A stretch of DNA of 63,987 bases, the filler included, from Dimargaris cristalligena (taxonomy: Eukaryota): assembly GCA_003614675.1 (NCBI GenBank). It is 5 parts of 5 records of this genome, joined end to end, with 100 filler letters (N's around TTAATTAATTAA, not from the genome) between each part and the next. Parts side by side here need not be neighbours in the genome. Positions count along the whole stretch, not along the records: positions 1 to 12,775 come from ML003029.1; 4 more parts are not named here. The stretch is one strand, 5' to 3'. Under the pieces are notes generated by a model, which was not told the origin of the DNA, did no database searches, and saw only the letters and a list, made by a program, of their open reading frames with translations. This document shows, piece by piece, positions 1-12,875 of this stretch. Position numbers and translations under genes: made by a program. Each line of letters opens with the position of its first letter. Position 1 is the stretch's first letter.

Positions 1-1029
1 CCCGAGAGAGAGAAAGAGAAAAAAAAAGGGTGGGAGGAGTGGGTGCGCGTGAGAAAGGGAGATAAATAAGGTATAAGTTTCAATAATAGGTAAAGCCGTA
101 CAAACGAGGCAAGTGAAAGGGGACGGCTAAAAAAAAAAGAAGGAAAGGAGCGTATATTATGTGCTTGTGGAGAACAGAGAGAAGGCTCGCCAATAAGAGG
201 AAGGCCCGGTAGTCGAGCAGAAGGGTATATAGAACGGCTAGTATAGAAGCACGGAACAGTAAAAATAATCAAGTGCTAAGATAAACGACGAATAAGCGAG
301 AGAGAAACGATTAAGCAGCTCGCTAGTCCAGGGAATGTGATAGGTGGGGAAGGAAGAGAAGAAACATAAACCGAGGGGAGAGGGATGTGAAACCATTTTA
401 TAACTCAGGGGGTGGGCGAATGGGGCTAAAGCGGAGGGGGAACCACGTTGGTAATAGTAGTGCATATACACTCGATTGTCAATTCAATTGGGTTGGCTGG
501 CGGTATAGCATATAGGGATCCACCCGCTCCCAGTGTTAGCGGGTTATATGTATATGAAGTATATACTCCCCGCTATTTGCCCTTCCTCTTTTACTCGTCA
601 TTTTCTATTGGTGTTCGTTCATTATTTTCCACTCCATACGCCACCAATGCCAAGATTTCTGAGTATCGAGCCATATATGCACCGATACTGGTCCACTCGC
701 GCCTAACTAGTGGGTGTCAGTGCTCGTCGCTATCGCACCTGGATATGGTATATGGACCCTATCCCTTTAACCCGCCGCGGTCTAAGACATTATACCGATG
801 GCTGGCGTTCATTAACCTAATTACGAGGTGCTACTACTACTGCTGCTATCGCTGTTGGCTGGTGACATTGACTAACCCGATGAAACCGGCCAGTACTGCC
901 AGGGTGACCGATGGTCGCACTGTGGGGAGGAGGAGGATAAACCCCGTGTAAACGGACAAACGGACCCGGATCCACTCCCTCCTCCACAATGTGCAGAGTG
1001 TGTTCAACAAGTGTGGAGTAATGTGCACC

Positions 1030-1074
1030 TGTGTGTATGTATGTGTGTGTGGATATGGATATGGATATGGATTT
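1030..1074. repeat. Compound microsatellite: imperfect (TG)n followed by (GGATAT)3 GGATTT
   Basis: Read directly; it explains the spurious DMDMDMD/WIWIWIW ORFs at 1011-1285. Confidence 0.8.
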
Positions 1075-3020
1075 GGGTAGGGGTGATGATGGGCTGGATT
1101 TTGCCCCTCACCCTCCTGGTATCGACGGGAAGGCTGTTGCTAAAGGGGATTATAGCATTTGGTGGCCATTGGGATCGCGCATTGCCTGGCTAATAGATAG
1201 TGTGCCCCCCACCCGCTGCCATGAGGCCATCGGGATCAGGATTGTGCCAACATCCTCCAACTCCCCTCCATTCTCTCACCGGTAAGTCATGTTTTCCCTT
1301 TCCCATTCTTTCTGCGCATCGTCCAGTGGACAAATGGCCCCTCGATCCGATAGCAGTCACCTGTAATGCCGATGGCGAATAGGGGGGGGGGTATTTAGAT
1401 TACGTATCCTTATTATTATTTTTATTCCTAGGCAGAGGACTGGCGTTACACCCTATTGTAGCGTGGCCTGATCCCAGTCACCGATATTCCCCAGTATAGC
1501 CCAAGGATAATTAAAGCGGGTGGTATGGACTGAGTGTGTGGGTGTACTATCCGTAAGGGGAAGGGTGGAGAAATGAGTAATATAAGCACCATCAGGTTCA
1601 TTTAAGTAGCCCTTAATGACCACCAATCCGCTGGATCGAAACCTGTACTGCCCGGAGTACCTCTGACGTCGGCCCGAGCCCCTGTCGAGAATGGATTGGA
1701 GTCGAGTCGGGGGAATACGAGTTACGATATAGTGGTGATTTGCCCCGGTAAGGGGCCTCTCTCTATGCGGAAGAGAGAAATGCAATAACAGGCCGTCGGG
1801 CGGATGAGTTGAATGAATGGACGAATGAATGCGCTGAGGGGTATTCGGGGAAAGCAAGTCACGATGCGGAGAAGTAGTGAGAGAGACTACTGCGGCAGGG
1901 TAGGAGTGTGGCACGGAGGCAGGGCTGGGTGGATGGAAAATGGGTGTGCGACCACCATGAGAGAACGAATCCACAGTCACTGGACTCAAGGGTAGGGTAA
2001 GGGGGGGTGTGGATGTTGTTGAACCAGGGCAGGACTATGGAGGGAGGGAGGGGGTCGCCCGACACAAGGACCTTTCCGCATTCGCGCGATTCCCACCCGC
2101 ATACTTGCGGAGGTGGCGGTGTGACTGCAGGTGGCCGAGACCCACACATAAGTCAATAAACGCTAATGAAGGAGGGGGTCACAATGGCAACCCGCGCCTC
2201 CTCGTTCCGTCATTATCCACCCCACCCGCGCCATCGACGAGTCAAGCAATTCTCTTCTATTATAGTGTATCTTGTTTTATAGAGTCGATACGTCGTAGAA
2301 CAGCGCGCGGGGCATTAATACGGCTACGTACATCGATTTAGGGTTGCTGGAGCCGTTTGGGTGGGCTGTTCGTGATGTTTCTTATATTATTTGAAGAAAA
2401 GGTAGGCCGTGGTAAAGGGGAGCGTATATTGGTATTGGTATTTCCGTAAACGGGTGGTTCGTTAGGGCTTTTACTGCATTCACTTGGATTGCCTGTTGGG
2501 AATAGTCGCCTTTCCCTTTGTGTCCCTCACATATACGTATAGTCTATACAGCATATACTCTGTCCAAACTCTTTCACCAGCATGGCCCCTGGTGCCATGG
2601 GTCTCACCCCCTCGCCTTGCATATACATTCGCCGTCACAATAGAGAGGGAGAGGGCTGGCTAGCATTTAGGCTCTCTGGATGTGTGGGCAAATGGAGTGT
2701 GGCTCTGCCGGGAAAGGCTATTCTCTTTCTCCCATAGGCGCCCTTTTGTTCTTTGTCCCGTCTCTCACACAACCCACTCTATGCTAAAGGATCGTTTTTT
2801 AGTCTAATTTGCTTGCCTACTCCCTCCCAGAGTGCCTTCTCCCCCTTCCAGCCTTTCTTTTTGTGCTTGGCATTGTTCCGAGCTTCCCTAGACTATTTAA
2901 CTCTATCCGCCTATTTGTGAAACAACCCACCTATACTACTACATAGCGCAAACTACTTTCCAGTTGAGTACACGGCTTCCCCCCTCGCCCTCTAATTAGT
3001 GTTCCTCGACCTGTCCCCGA

Positions 3021-3609
3021 ATGTCGCACCCCGTAGCTTCCTTCGATTCTATGCGCACGCCCAGGGCGCGGCGGACCTCCATATCCAGCCAATCCTCGGC
3101 CCGTAGCCAACAACACCGTTCCCTCAAAAACCGCGGCATCATGCGGTCCTTCCGCGGTCTTTTTCGTCGCTCCAAGGCCAACCAGGAAAGCCAATTGGCC
3201 CTACGTCTCCAGACCAACCTAGAAACCCCCGCCGAAGCCGCCGAGCGGCGTCGCATCCAGGAGCTCCCCATTCTCCCTAAAAATTTCTTCGCCAACGAAC
3301 GCACGTTTCTGGCGTGGCTCCGTACGTCCGCCCTCGCGGGGGGGCCTGGGCCTGGCTATCCTCAACTTCGGCACCACGTCGTCACTGGAATACATGGTAC
3401 CCGCCGCGACGTTTACGGTGATTTCCATTGGCCTTATGTTTTATTCCCTGATTCAGTTTTGGACCCGCGCTAACCGGTTGACCCGGCGGGAAACAGGTAC
3501 ATACGACGACCGGACTGTCACCACCGTGGTGCTGCTGGTCGTGCTGATTGGTATCGCCATCAATTTAGGGTTATCCCTCAACCGCGATGCAACCCCTCCG
3601 CCTTCATAA
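3021..3609 (+). CDS. VTC1: Vacuolar transporter chaperone Vtc1-like (DUF202) membrane protein, interrupted by one extra base in a G7 run
   Basis: ORF 3021 encodes PKNFFANERTFLAWL (yeast Vtc1 PKVFFANERTFLSWL). Removing one G from 3338-3344 gives AGGLGLAILNFG (yeast GGLGVGLLNFG) and joins ORF 3394-3609, which has two more hydrophobic helices and the YDDR motif. About 195 aa when corrected. Confidence 0.85.
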
Positions 3610-4448
3610 ACCTAGCTAGGAGTGGCGGGGGGAGGTGCGGAAAAGCGATCTTTCATATAGTCCCTGGAGCCCGACTGTTTATGGTTCAGGCCGATCGCTT
3701 GGCCTTCCATTCTTCATTCTATTCACCATGCCTCGTTTATCTTGCCATCCTAGTTATGAAAATGACCTGCTTGGTTCATTTAATTATAGCTGGATCTTCC
3801 CTCTGTGATTTCACCTAAACGCACACCCTCTTTTGCTCTCTTTTTCAGCTTTACTTTTATTGACCATTGCAATACCCAGAAGTCCTGTTTCACGACGGCA
3901 ATACACTGCTGCCTACCCTTTTCTTTTCCCTAGATATCGATATCAACCACATCAGAAAGACTACTAGTATATACATTCGACCAATCGATACACATCAGAT
4001 GGTTGTTATTGGTACCAAAGTAAAGTAGGTTTCTAGAATATGAAAGGTTCAGGATTGCTGTGTAATAAAAAAAAGCTGGTTGGTGAGACAGGTTTTACTG
4101 GATAGAAATAATTCTTCCATGCATTACCATATTTTGTTCAAAATTCTGCACAGTTTTGTAGAATTCCGCCCATATGAAACAACTGTGTTTTATATTCAGT
4201 TGTTTATATATAGATATAAAATATACGCGTATATATGTGTATGTATAAAATAAGGCAATTGTTGGTTGGCCTGGATTGAAAATAAAATGCGACAAAAAGT
4301 AATGAAAAATAGTGAGGGACACGCCGTGTGGCAGTCTCCTTGCAGTAGTTAAGCGGATGTCGATAACTGAGTTTCTAGTAAGGCAAGTCCACGCTGTGGG
4401 TCTCTCTATTCTTCAGTGGGGGCCTATTCGCAGCCCTCCCACTTCACC

Positions 4449-7400
4449 CTAGAGTTTACCGCCGTTCCAGGCCAGTTTATGACTCATACTAACGCCACGG
4501 GGCTCGACCGTTTCCGTGACATGAATGCCCTCCTCGGCCAATTTCGCCAAAATGGGCAAATACACCTCGGGATAGATGGGGGCCCGCACGCCGTTCAAAC
4601 GGCCGTCGGGGGGCAATTGCCCGCGCAAAATCAATTCCGTCGCCATGGCGGCGGGTAAACCGACCGTTTTAGCCATGGAGGTAACCCCACCTTCTTCGTC
4701 GGGGGGACTGCCGTAAACCACCAGGCCGGAGGTGTGCCGCTCGGTCTGGCCCTCCACGTCGATGACAAATTCATGGAACAGCATACTCATGTCCCGTTCG
4801 CCGGGTCCGTACTTCATTTTGGCTTGGAGAACTTCACAAAGGCCGTCCAGGGCTGTCGGGGGAGTGGTGGTATAGGGCGGAAGATCAATACCACCACCAC
4901 CGTTGGCACCGGAATTGGGGGACCGGAGGAGGCCGAGCCACTCCAAAGCGGATCGCACCCGCTGGACTCGGGCATCCTTCTGGGGGCTGTTGTGGTTGTT
5001 ATTGTTGGCCGCCCCGAGTAGTTGGGCAATGGCGGCTAAGCGAGCCGGGGAGGTGAGGGAGTCCAGGGGCGTGGTCGCCACCCCCTTACCTTTACCCTTA
5101 CTGGGCAGTCCGCCGTTGGTCATCAGAACCTGGTCCAGGAAAGCTGGCCAATTGGCTGCTGCCGTTCCTCCTCCACGTCCACTAGTGCTCAGCGGATCGG
5201 TACTGAGCAGTCCCAGTCGGGCCAACCCGTCCATCAGGTCCGAATAGCCCTGGTACCGCAGGGTCCCCCGGAACATGGTATCCATCGATTCCACCGGGCC
5301 CAACCCATAAGTGTCCACATATTGCAACGAATCCCGGTTCGCCAATCCTTCCAACGCGAACCCGGTATACAGGGGTACATCCGGGAAGCCCGTGGCGAGC
5401 AACTGCGGTCCGTCAATGGTATGCACCCGCCCATTCATTTTAAATTGCGCGGGATTCCGGCCGGCGGTCAGGACCCCCCGGGGCGACCACGAGAATTTAT
5501 ACCCAAAGGGGTTGGATCCTCCACTCGCTTCGGGGGCCGGCAAGCCACCGCACCACGAAATGAATGACCGGACCCGGCCCCCGCGCCGGTGGGCCTCGTC
5601 GATAATTTTCATGGCCGTGAGATGGTCAATGCCGGGGTCGAGCCCGATTTCGTTCATAATGATGACCCCGGCCTGGCGCGCAGCACTATCGAGCTGATGC
5701 ATAGCGGGGGAAATGTAGCTGGCGGTGACCATGGATTTGCCCAGGGCAATGCACCGTTGGGCGAGGGCCGGGTGGAGTGGGGCGGGCACAAAACTAACCA
5801 AGACGTCGGACTGTTTCAATAGGGGGTCCAAAGTTAGGGATAGGTCGCCTTGGCCATTCCCGATATCGAGGGGTACGGACGTGGCGTTGGATTTGCCCTG
5901 GACGAGGGCGGCGGCATCCGCGGGGGCGTTACTGGCCACGGTAACGTGGATGTCCGGCTGGCGGGTTAAATAATCCACCAGGGGTTTGGCCACCATACCG
6001 GATCCGAGCAGCAGAACCCGGCGCGGTTCGCGGGAGGTCACTTTCACTGACGTACCTTTTGGTTCAGTCTTGGTGGAAGGACTCTCCGGTTTGGCTGCGG
6101 CTACCTTGGACCATCCTTTGCGCAAATGGGCGTGCGGGGTGGCCAAATGCCCGTCGTGGGCGATGGTGGCCCGTTTAAGCACACTCGATGAATCCCAGCG
6201 TCCGTGGATGATATCGGCCATCAGGGGCATTAGGGAATGACTAAAGAACCGGCTACTCTCTAACGGCAGTTCGGCCGGTAGATTCTCCACACCCAGAATT
6301 TGGACCCCCGGCTCGGATTCGTGGAGGTGCTCGCGATCCTTGACCGCGTCGTAGTAGTAGAAGGGTTGGTCAATGGAGCTGAAATGGGACATGAATTCGA
6401 GGGGACCGCCAATGTCACAGCCAATATCGGCAATGGCTAGCATGCGGTGGTTTAGCTGGGGATTGACCTGGATTTCGGCGAGTTGCTCCTTAGTTAAGAG
6501 GCGTGGGCCGCGGCCGGTCCAGAATAGGCCGTTGACCAGCACACTGGTGTATGGTGCAATCTAGGGGGACCAAGCATTGCAGGAAATGGAGATGGATATA
6601 GGAATAGAAGGGTGGTGAAATAGGGTTAATCAATGGCATATCGTTGTTATAGCTGCAGGGGGGCTATTGCGAGGGAGCGACCATCCGTTCCATCAGACTA
6701 TATCCAAAGCCGACTCCCTTTTACTTCCCGAGAGGGTGTCTGTTCATTGCCACCTCATCCTTCCCAGTTGATATCTATAGCCTAGGCCCCACCTACCTTT
6801 TCATGGAAAGTAGACCGGTATTTCTCGGGATGCTTGTAATAGTCGGCCTTATCGAAGGGCTGGCCATCCTTGCGTTCCAAATAATCCTCGGGGTGTAACT
6901 GAGTCGCGTACACCCGCTTATGGCTCACGTGGCGTTTGGCCGCCAGAGCGGGCAGGTCCGCCGCGGGTATGTACTGGTGCGGCAGCAATTTCAGAATTTC
7001 CTGCGCCCCTTTGGCCACATGCCCCCCTCCGCTAAACACAAACGTTAGCGGTCCTAAGGCGCGGGGCACCCCGTCCCGCTGCAACAAATGACCAACGGTA
7101 TCAGTTAGAGTATGGCGGGCGTTGGCCAGCGTGGGGTAGTGGTGGGCCATGCCGGTGAACAGGAAGGGGGTATGGTAGCCCCGGGCCAGCAGCAAGCGGC
7201 GGCCTAAACCGTGGAGACAATCGAGCATACCGGCCTGACCGGCCTGGCGGCCGAAGAGCACCGTGCGGTGGCCCGTGGTATCGTCGGTCAGGAGTTCGTA
7301 GTCGATTAAGCGGATACGGCGGTCCACAATGGTTTGTAGGGTGGGTTGGTTGTAGGGTTGGCCCTTGTGCGTATGCGAAAAAATTACATAGGTCTTATTG

Positions 7401-8161
7401 GGGAGGAGCTGATCGCGTGGCACTTCCTTAATTCCGAAAATCACGTCAGCGGGCCCGAGGTCTTCTTGTACGGTAGCACCTGCCTAGTTTGTTGTAGTGG
7501 AAAATCAGGGATGCGAGAAGAGGAAGGGCCGGTTAGTAAAACCTGACTTTCGGTTAGGGTAGCATATAGTAGGTATTATTCCCTGAATAAACTCGAGGTA
7601 AAATAGCGGTCACATGGGTGGGTACGTGACTGCTTTTCCAACCCACCATCGCAATACAATACAAGGCCAATTTTAGTATCAATGACTTAAGGGTACGGGT
7701 GGACCGCACATATCTAGCTGAACTCAACTAACCCCTTTTCCTTTGCTTACCTTTTCGAATAGCGCGTCGGGGTAAATGCGATTGTTCGAGGGCTGTACAA
7801 TGACCTTGACTCCTGTCTCGGCAATCAGCTTCTCAATGTCATCGGGGATGAGCGCTACCCGGCGTTCCCACAGGTTCTTATCCTCCCGACGAATACCGAT
7901 AACGTTGAGCCGGGGGGTAGTGGCGGCCTTGGGGGCTTTAGGCCGGTAACCGGAGGTAGTGAAGGAACGTTGGGTGGCCGAAATGGGCCGGAGAACACAG
8001 TGGAGCAAGTGGCCATCGGCCGAGGCAGTTTGCAGTGGCGTGAGGAGGAGACGGTGGGGGGGTACTGAAGAAGCCGAAGGCCGGGTCTGGGTCAGGGGGA
8101 TGGCGGCTCGGCGGGCGAAACGGGAGGGCAGTCCCGAGCCACAGCGGAGATGGGTCAGCAT
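4449..8161 (-). CDS. AASS: Bifunctional alpha-aminoadipic semialdehyde synthase (lysine-ketoglutarate reductase / saccharopine dehydrogenase), probably mitochondrial
   Basis: Exons 8161-7751, 7483-6797 and 6560-4449 join in phase 0 via GT-AG introns (~1069 aa). LKR motifs: GIRREDKNLWERR, IVQPSNNR, FSHTHKGQ, LIDYE, ADIGCD, NLPAELPLESS. SDH motifs: LLLGSGMV, NEIGLDPGIDH, CGGLPAPE, YKFSWSPRG, RGTLRY, MAKTVGLP. The N-terminus is Arg/Ser-rich and acid-poor. Confidence 0.93.
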
Positions 8162-9002
8162 CGCGGGTGGAGGGGGCAATGGTATACCAATAGAAAGAGG
8201 GTGCAGGGTTGTTTCCAAGGGACAATTCAGTGGGTGAAGAAGTACAAGGGGTTATGTGGGGTAAGAAAAGTATAGGGTTTAAGGTAAAGTTGTTCAGGGT
8301 GAACTTCAGGATAAGAGTACTGAGAAAAGGGAGGGGGGTGGAGGGTTCGTATAGTGGGCAATTAAAGGAGAGAGAGGCCGCCCCCAAGAAGTGGTCATCG
8401 CGGCTATCATCATCACTCTATGGAGACTGGTGGTATGGATATGGGCAGTCCCTTCCGCTACTTCCCTGTACAGTCAAGGCAGCATACTCGAATGGTGCGA
8501 GTGAGTAGCGTGTGTATGCGAGGGTGTGTATTGTGACTTCCCCAATTCTCGCCCTCGCAGAGAGGGGTTGCTGTTGGGCCAAGGGCACGAGGTACACGAA
8601 GGGACGGAGAGGATCAACAGTGACCACCACAGTCATGACGAAACATTCCCTTCCCCCATCGGAACTATATGGTTCGCCTCACAGGTCCATCATCTACAAT
8701 CACATTCTCTATTATTCATTAATAAACCTGTCTCCGTCGACGCGCACTAAAAGAGGGGTCACTTTATTAACAAGAAGTATATAATCGGCACTATTAACAA
8801 GGTATGGAACGGTATAGGGAAATTAAGTGGGACATGTTTTAATCAATCAAAAGCAGTCAAGATGGAAACAGCAATAGCAACTTCAACCAAACATAAGATA
8901 TAATAAAACAAATGTAATGGAAAACCCCATGAATTGGCCGGAGTTTGAAATCATCCGTTATATTAATGCCGGAAATACACGATTTGAGCCAGCGAGTGGT
9001 GG

Positions 9003-11671
9003 TTATTCAGTGTTGACTGGGGGTAAATTCGTTTGCAATTGGCCATGCGGATCTAAAGGGGAAGAAATTGCAGCCGCCTGACCGCACTGGGGACATATAA
9101 ACTCGGATGTTTTCCATTCCCGTTTAGCCCGACCGGCCCGCCGATCAGCTGCATCGATACAGTGGATGTGGTGCCAAATATTACACTTTTCGCAGGCCAC
9201 CATAGGTCGTCCGTCATTCTAGAAATCCATTAAACCCGAGTTGAAGATATAGGCGGCAGCAGCCCGCCCCCCAGAACAGGGAATACAAATAGAGCGAGTA
9301 TGATTAGAGGTGGCCGTCATTGAATATAAAGGCGTATGTAATTATGGCAGCTGTATTCAGTGCCCAGTCACGTGAAACTATTCCCATGTATAGGTAACCG
9401 AGTCGTACACATAGTTGGTTTACTTACCAAATTTGGCCCCGAAACCCCACAAATACAATGGAAAACCCAGTCGTCTTCTTCTTCTTCATCTTGTATGATC
9501 TCAGAAGCACTCCGACCGGCCGATTTGGGTTTACGGCCTGGTTTGCGTCCACGTTTATTAATCCGCGATGGTGATGGCGACGGTGATGGTGTAGCAGTAG
9601 TACCTCCGGTAGCCGTTAGCGGTGCATGCCGTTGGTTATGTAATTGGCCATTCAGCGGCTGGCGGGTGCCGTTGAGTAGGGCCGTTGTTGAGGGCTCAAT
9701 TGTGGGAGCGCTCTTCGACTGGCCTCCATTCTCAATAGATCCGGTGGTAAGCGTCGAGGCGGGCGCATGGATTCGTGGACTGGTGGGGTTAAGCAGGCGG
9801 TTCTGTCGTTCTAGGAAACGTTGTTCACGAGAGCATTTTTGCTAGTGAAAGTCCGGCCCATTGAACGATGATGTTAAAAATAACAATGATATGGGTTAGA
9901 TCCCATGGGGAAATATAAGACCAAAAGCCGGAGCACGGCAGAATAGATATTGGAATTGATTCAATCAATAGCTGGATGCGAAACATGAAGCTTACCATAT
10001 CTGCATGAGATGGCCGATTTATTTCGGGGGAAGGTTGTCTAGGTGGCAGTGCGTCGGGTTCCGGATGGTTCTTTTCCCGCTCGTCCATCTGCCTGAACTG
10101 TTTGATCTGGATTCGTGAGGATCGTTTACGTTGTCGCAGAGCGTCTTCCGTAGCTTTTCTCTTTTCTTTAGCCTGAAAAGAGCGAAAAGAGAGAGGGTCC
10201 AAGGCGCGTATAGTTTATAATACATAACATCCTTAGAAAATACATTAATCTTAGCTTGTATCGAATCATATTGATAAGTCATTCGAAATCATTTCAAGTA
10301 AGGTTTGCCGCTTGTTTTACGGTATATTTCAAAAGTAGGCGTTACATGAATACACAAACCTACCTTGAGTTCTCCCACAATTTGCGGCATGATGTCATCG
10401 TGAAGCCGCTGCAGCAAAAAGCGCTCATCCGCCGAACGCGGCTTTTTTATGAGTGCGCTCCCCGTCTCCCAGTCCTCGAGTGAACATAGCATCTAGTATA
10501 AAGAGTACATATATAGGTTGTATAAAATTAGGGATCGATATCCCCAGAAACCAACAATTAGTAGATATATATACATAGGTAACCCGCCCGTCATTCGCAT
10601 ATCCCCAAACCAGTCTCTCGGATTCGAGCTAATGTTAGTTTCTATTTCCGTTTTCCACGATTCACAATTGCATCCTAGATATAACGATATCGCGCTACCT
10701 ACCATTTCCCATCTTCCGTTTACCAGGTTGTCCTGGGCCACCCAATTCTTGCTGTCAATCGCCGATTCGCCTACGGTATTTTCCCTTTGGATCCCGGCGG
10801 ATTCGGTCACCCGACGAGCGCGTTGCGGCTTCCTTCTACTTGCTTTGGATTTGGAAGACGGAGTGATCGCTGCTGAGACTACTGGGGGTTGGTGTTCCCG
10901 GTAGAGCCGGTTATCGTCGAATAACCAATACGTCCGCCCTTGACTGTCAAACCCAAGGGGCAGAACCCGCCAGTGTAGGCAATCCTCCTCTTGATCATGC
11001 TTCATTTTACGCCTTAAGCGTTCCGGATCTTCCATGAGCCACTGGCTAAGATGGTAGAAAGTGAAGACGCGTTCCGGGATGGTCAGTGCGTGGAAGGTGT
11101 GAAAGCGCTCAGCATTGAACCCAAGGGGTAATAACCCGGAAACGGGGGGCGGATTCGGGAGGAGACTGTTCCGCTCAATTGCATCGGTGGACCCGGTCAG
11201 GTCTTGGTCACCTTCAGTCGACGTGTGCATGTTGTTACTGCTGTTGCTGTTGGAGGCATTGGTGCCCGCCTGCTGAACGTCCGCCGAAGGCTCTGCTTCC
11301 CCGGCATTGGGGCCCGGCGTAGAAGAGGTGACCGGTGGTCGCCGGTCCCCCACGAAGCCGGGTTTATACAAATGCCACGGGGACATGCCCCGCTTTATGT
11401 ACTGGCGGGCCAAATAATGGGGCCAGGTCAGGTCGTTAATCATCCGATTCAGGGTGAGCACCCGTAGCATTTTGATCAGCAGATCGCGTAAATAAGGCCG
11501 GTCGGCATCGGACGAAGCCACCAGGTCGGTCTCGAATCGTTCCGTGTCGAAATCGGGTTGGTCGAAGGCTTCATGGAAGATGTGTAAAAACTGGGACGCG
11601 GCCGCGAAAGCGCGGAGCTGGCGAAGTTCAGTGAGAGGGGTGGCATGGGGAGGATAGGAACGGGGGGCCAT
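9003..11671 (-). CDS. Chromatin protein with DDT-like N-terminus, WHIM/WSD motifs and C-terminal PHD finger (ISWI-accessory type)
   Basis: Predicted exons 11671-10703, 10492-10364, 10172-9996, 9841-9428 and 9218-9003 (~634 aa). WSD/WHIM-like WRVLPLGFDSQGRTYWLFDDNRLYRE. The PHD is split by the last intron: WVFHCICGVSGPNL|NDGRPMVACEKCNIWHHIHC...FICPQC. AT-hook-like KRGRKPGRKPK precedes it. Confidence 0.78.
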
Positions 11672-12350
11672 GGGGTGGGTCAAGCCGGCTGCAGCTAAGG
11701 ATGAAAACTATACAAGCAATAACTTAAATAATTATGTAAACAAATTATACCTACACAAAAGGAAGCACTAGGGGATAGGTAGCGTTAATATTTGCCTAAC
11801 GAAATATAGACAACGGGGTTGAGCTCATTCGTGCAATTTACAAAAACTGAGGGAAACGGTAGACCCTATAGGTTTATTTAGGTAGGGGGAGGGCATAGTG
11901 TACGGGTTTGGTTGGAGCATGATCAAGGGGTAGTAGCATCCTGGTCAGTGTGAACTGATTACTATGGTTGCACCTGGCTTCCAAACGAGCCAGAAGGGTC
12001 TACCTTATACTGTCCATAATACATGTTGGAACAATGTGGTAAAGCTCCTCAAATTGTCTCCATGCCCAATTCCCGCCAACCCTTGGTACCTTAGTGGAAT
12101 ACCGCGTGTTGTGTAAGTTCAGGGGTCGAGCTACAATCCGGAAAACTTTCCCCTTCCGTTCAATATTCGTCAAAATTCGACCATAGCAACCCAACCCCCA
12201 TTGCCAGAAACAAAAATCGGCTCTTGGTTGGAGTTCATTAATTTGGAAGGTAAAATACCGCTTTTATATATTTAGGCTTCACCAATTCAGAGAGGCTTTG
12301 CTTCTACATATTTTAGCCCGTCATTCAAATAAGAATGACGGCAAAAGGAT

Positions 12351-12422
12351 TGCCCACTGGCGGAATCGAACCGCCGATCTTCTGTTTACGAGACAGACGC
12401 CTTACCACTGAGCCAAGCGGGC
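12351..12422 (-). tRNA. tRNA-Thr (anticodon CGT), intronless
   Basis: Reverse complement GCCCGCTTGGCTCAGTGGTAAGGCGTCTGTCTCGTAAACAGAAGATCGGCGGTTCGATTCCGCCAGTGGGCA folds as a cloverleaf: acceptor GCCCGCT/AGTGGGC, anticodon arm TCTGT-CTCGTAA-ACAGA, T-loop TTCGATT. A T5 Pol III terminator lies a few nt downstream. Confidence 0.96.
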
Positions 12423-12775
12423 CCCTCCTATTTGTGTTGTGACAGGTACTGAACACCCTTAAGCTTTGGTGATGTCACCGATGATGTACCTAACGTCCAT
12501 TAATCAAATTACTACCGTTTTACTATATTTAGCTTAGTTTATCAATTGCAATGTCATATCATAGCTATATCCATTTATCACCTTCTATATCATAGTTATA
12601 TTTCGTTTATCACTTTCTGTTTTCATCCATCTCTTTATATATCATTAGTGCAGCGTATTTACCTTTTATCTGAAGTATACAATAGCAGAACCAGCGTAGA
12701 TAGAATCATCTATTATATTTACTGCCCAATATTTTCGGGGTATAAATACCCCTTCAAATCGCAACCTGAATAAAA

Positions 12776-12875
12776 NNNNNNNNNNNNNNNNNNNNNNNNN
12801 NNNNNNNNNNNNNNNNNNNTTAATTAATTAANNNNNNNNNNNNNNNNNNNNNNNNNNNNNNNNNNNNNNNNNNNN
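12776..12875. other. Artificial contig-joining linker
   Basis: 44 N + TTAATTAATTAA (stops in all six frames) + 44 N, identical to the three other linkers. Confidence 0.97.

Noticed and set aside
238..2341. Numerous overlapping ORFs of 60-178 aa (e.g. 448-951, 1453-1989)
   Set aside because: No recognisable domains, many non-ATG starts and low-complexity translations; the region looks like promoter/UTR DNA.
2579..2600. AGCATGGCCCCTG, matching part of U6 snRNA
   Set aside because: Only 13 nt match; the ACAGAGA box and downstream U6 sequence are absent.
12820..12831. TTAATTAATTAA as a piggyBac TTAA target site or biological repeat
   Set aside because: It is always centred in exactly 88 N, so it is a synthetic six-frame stop spacer.
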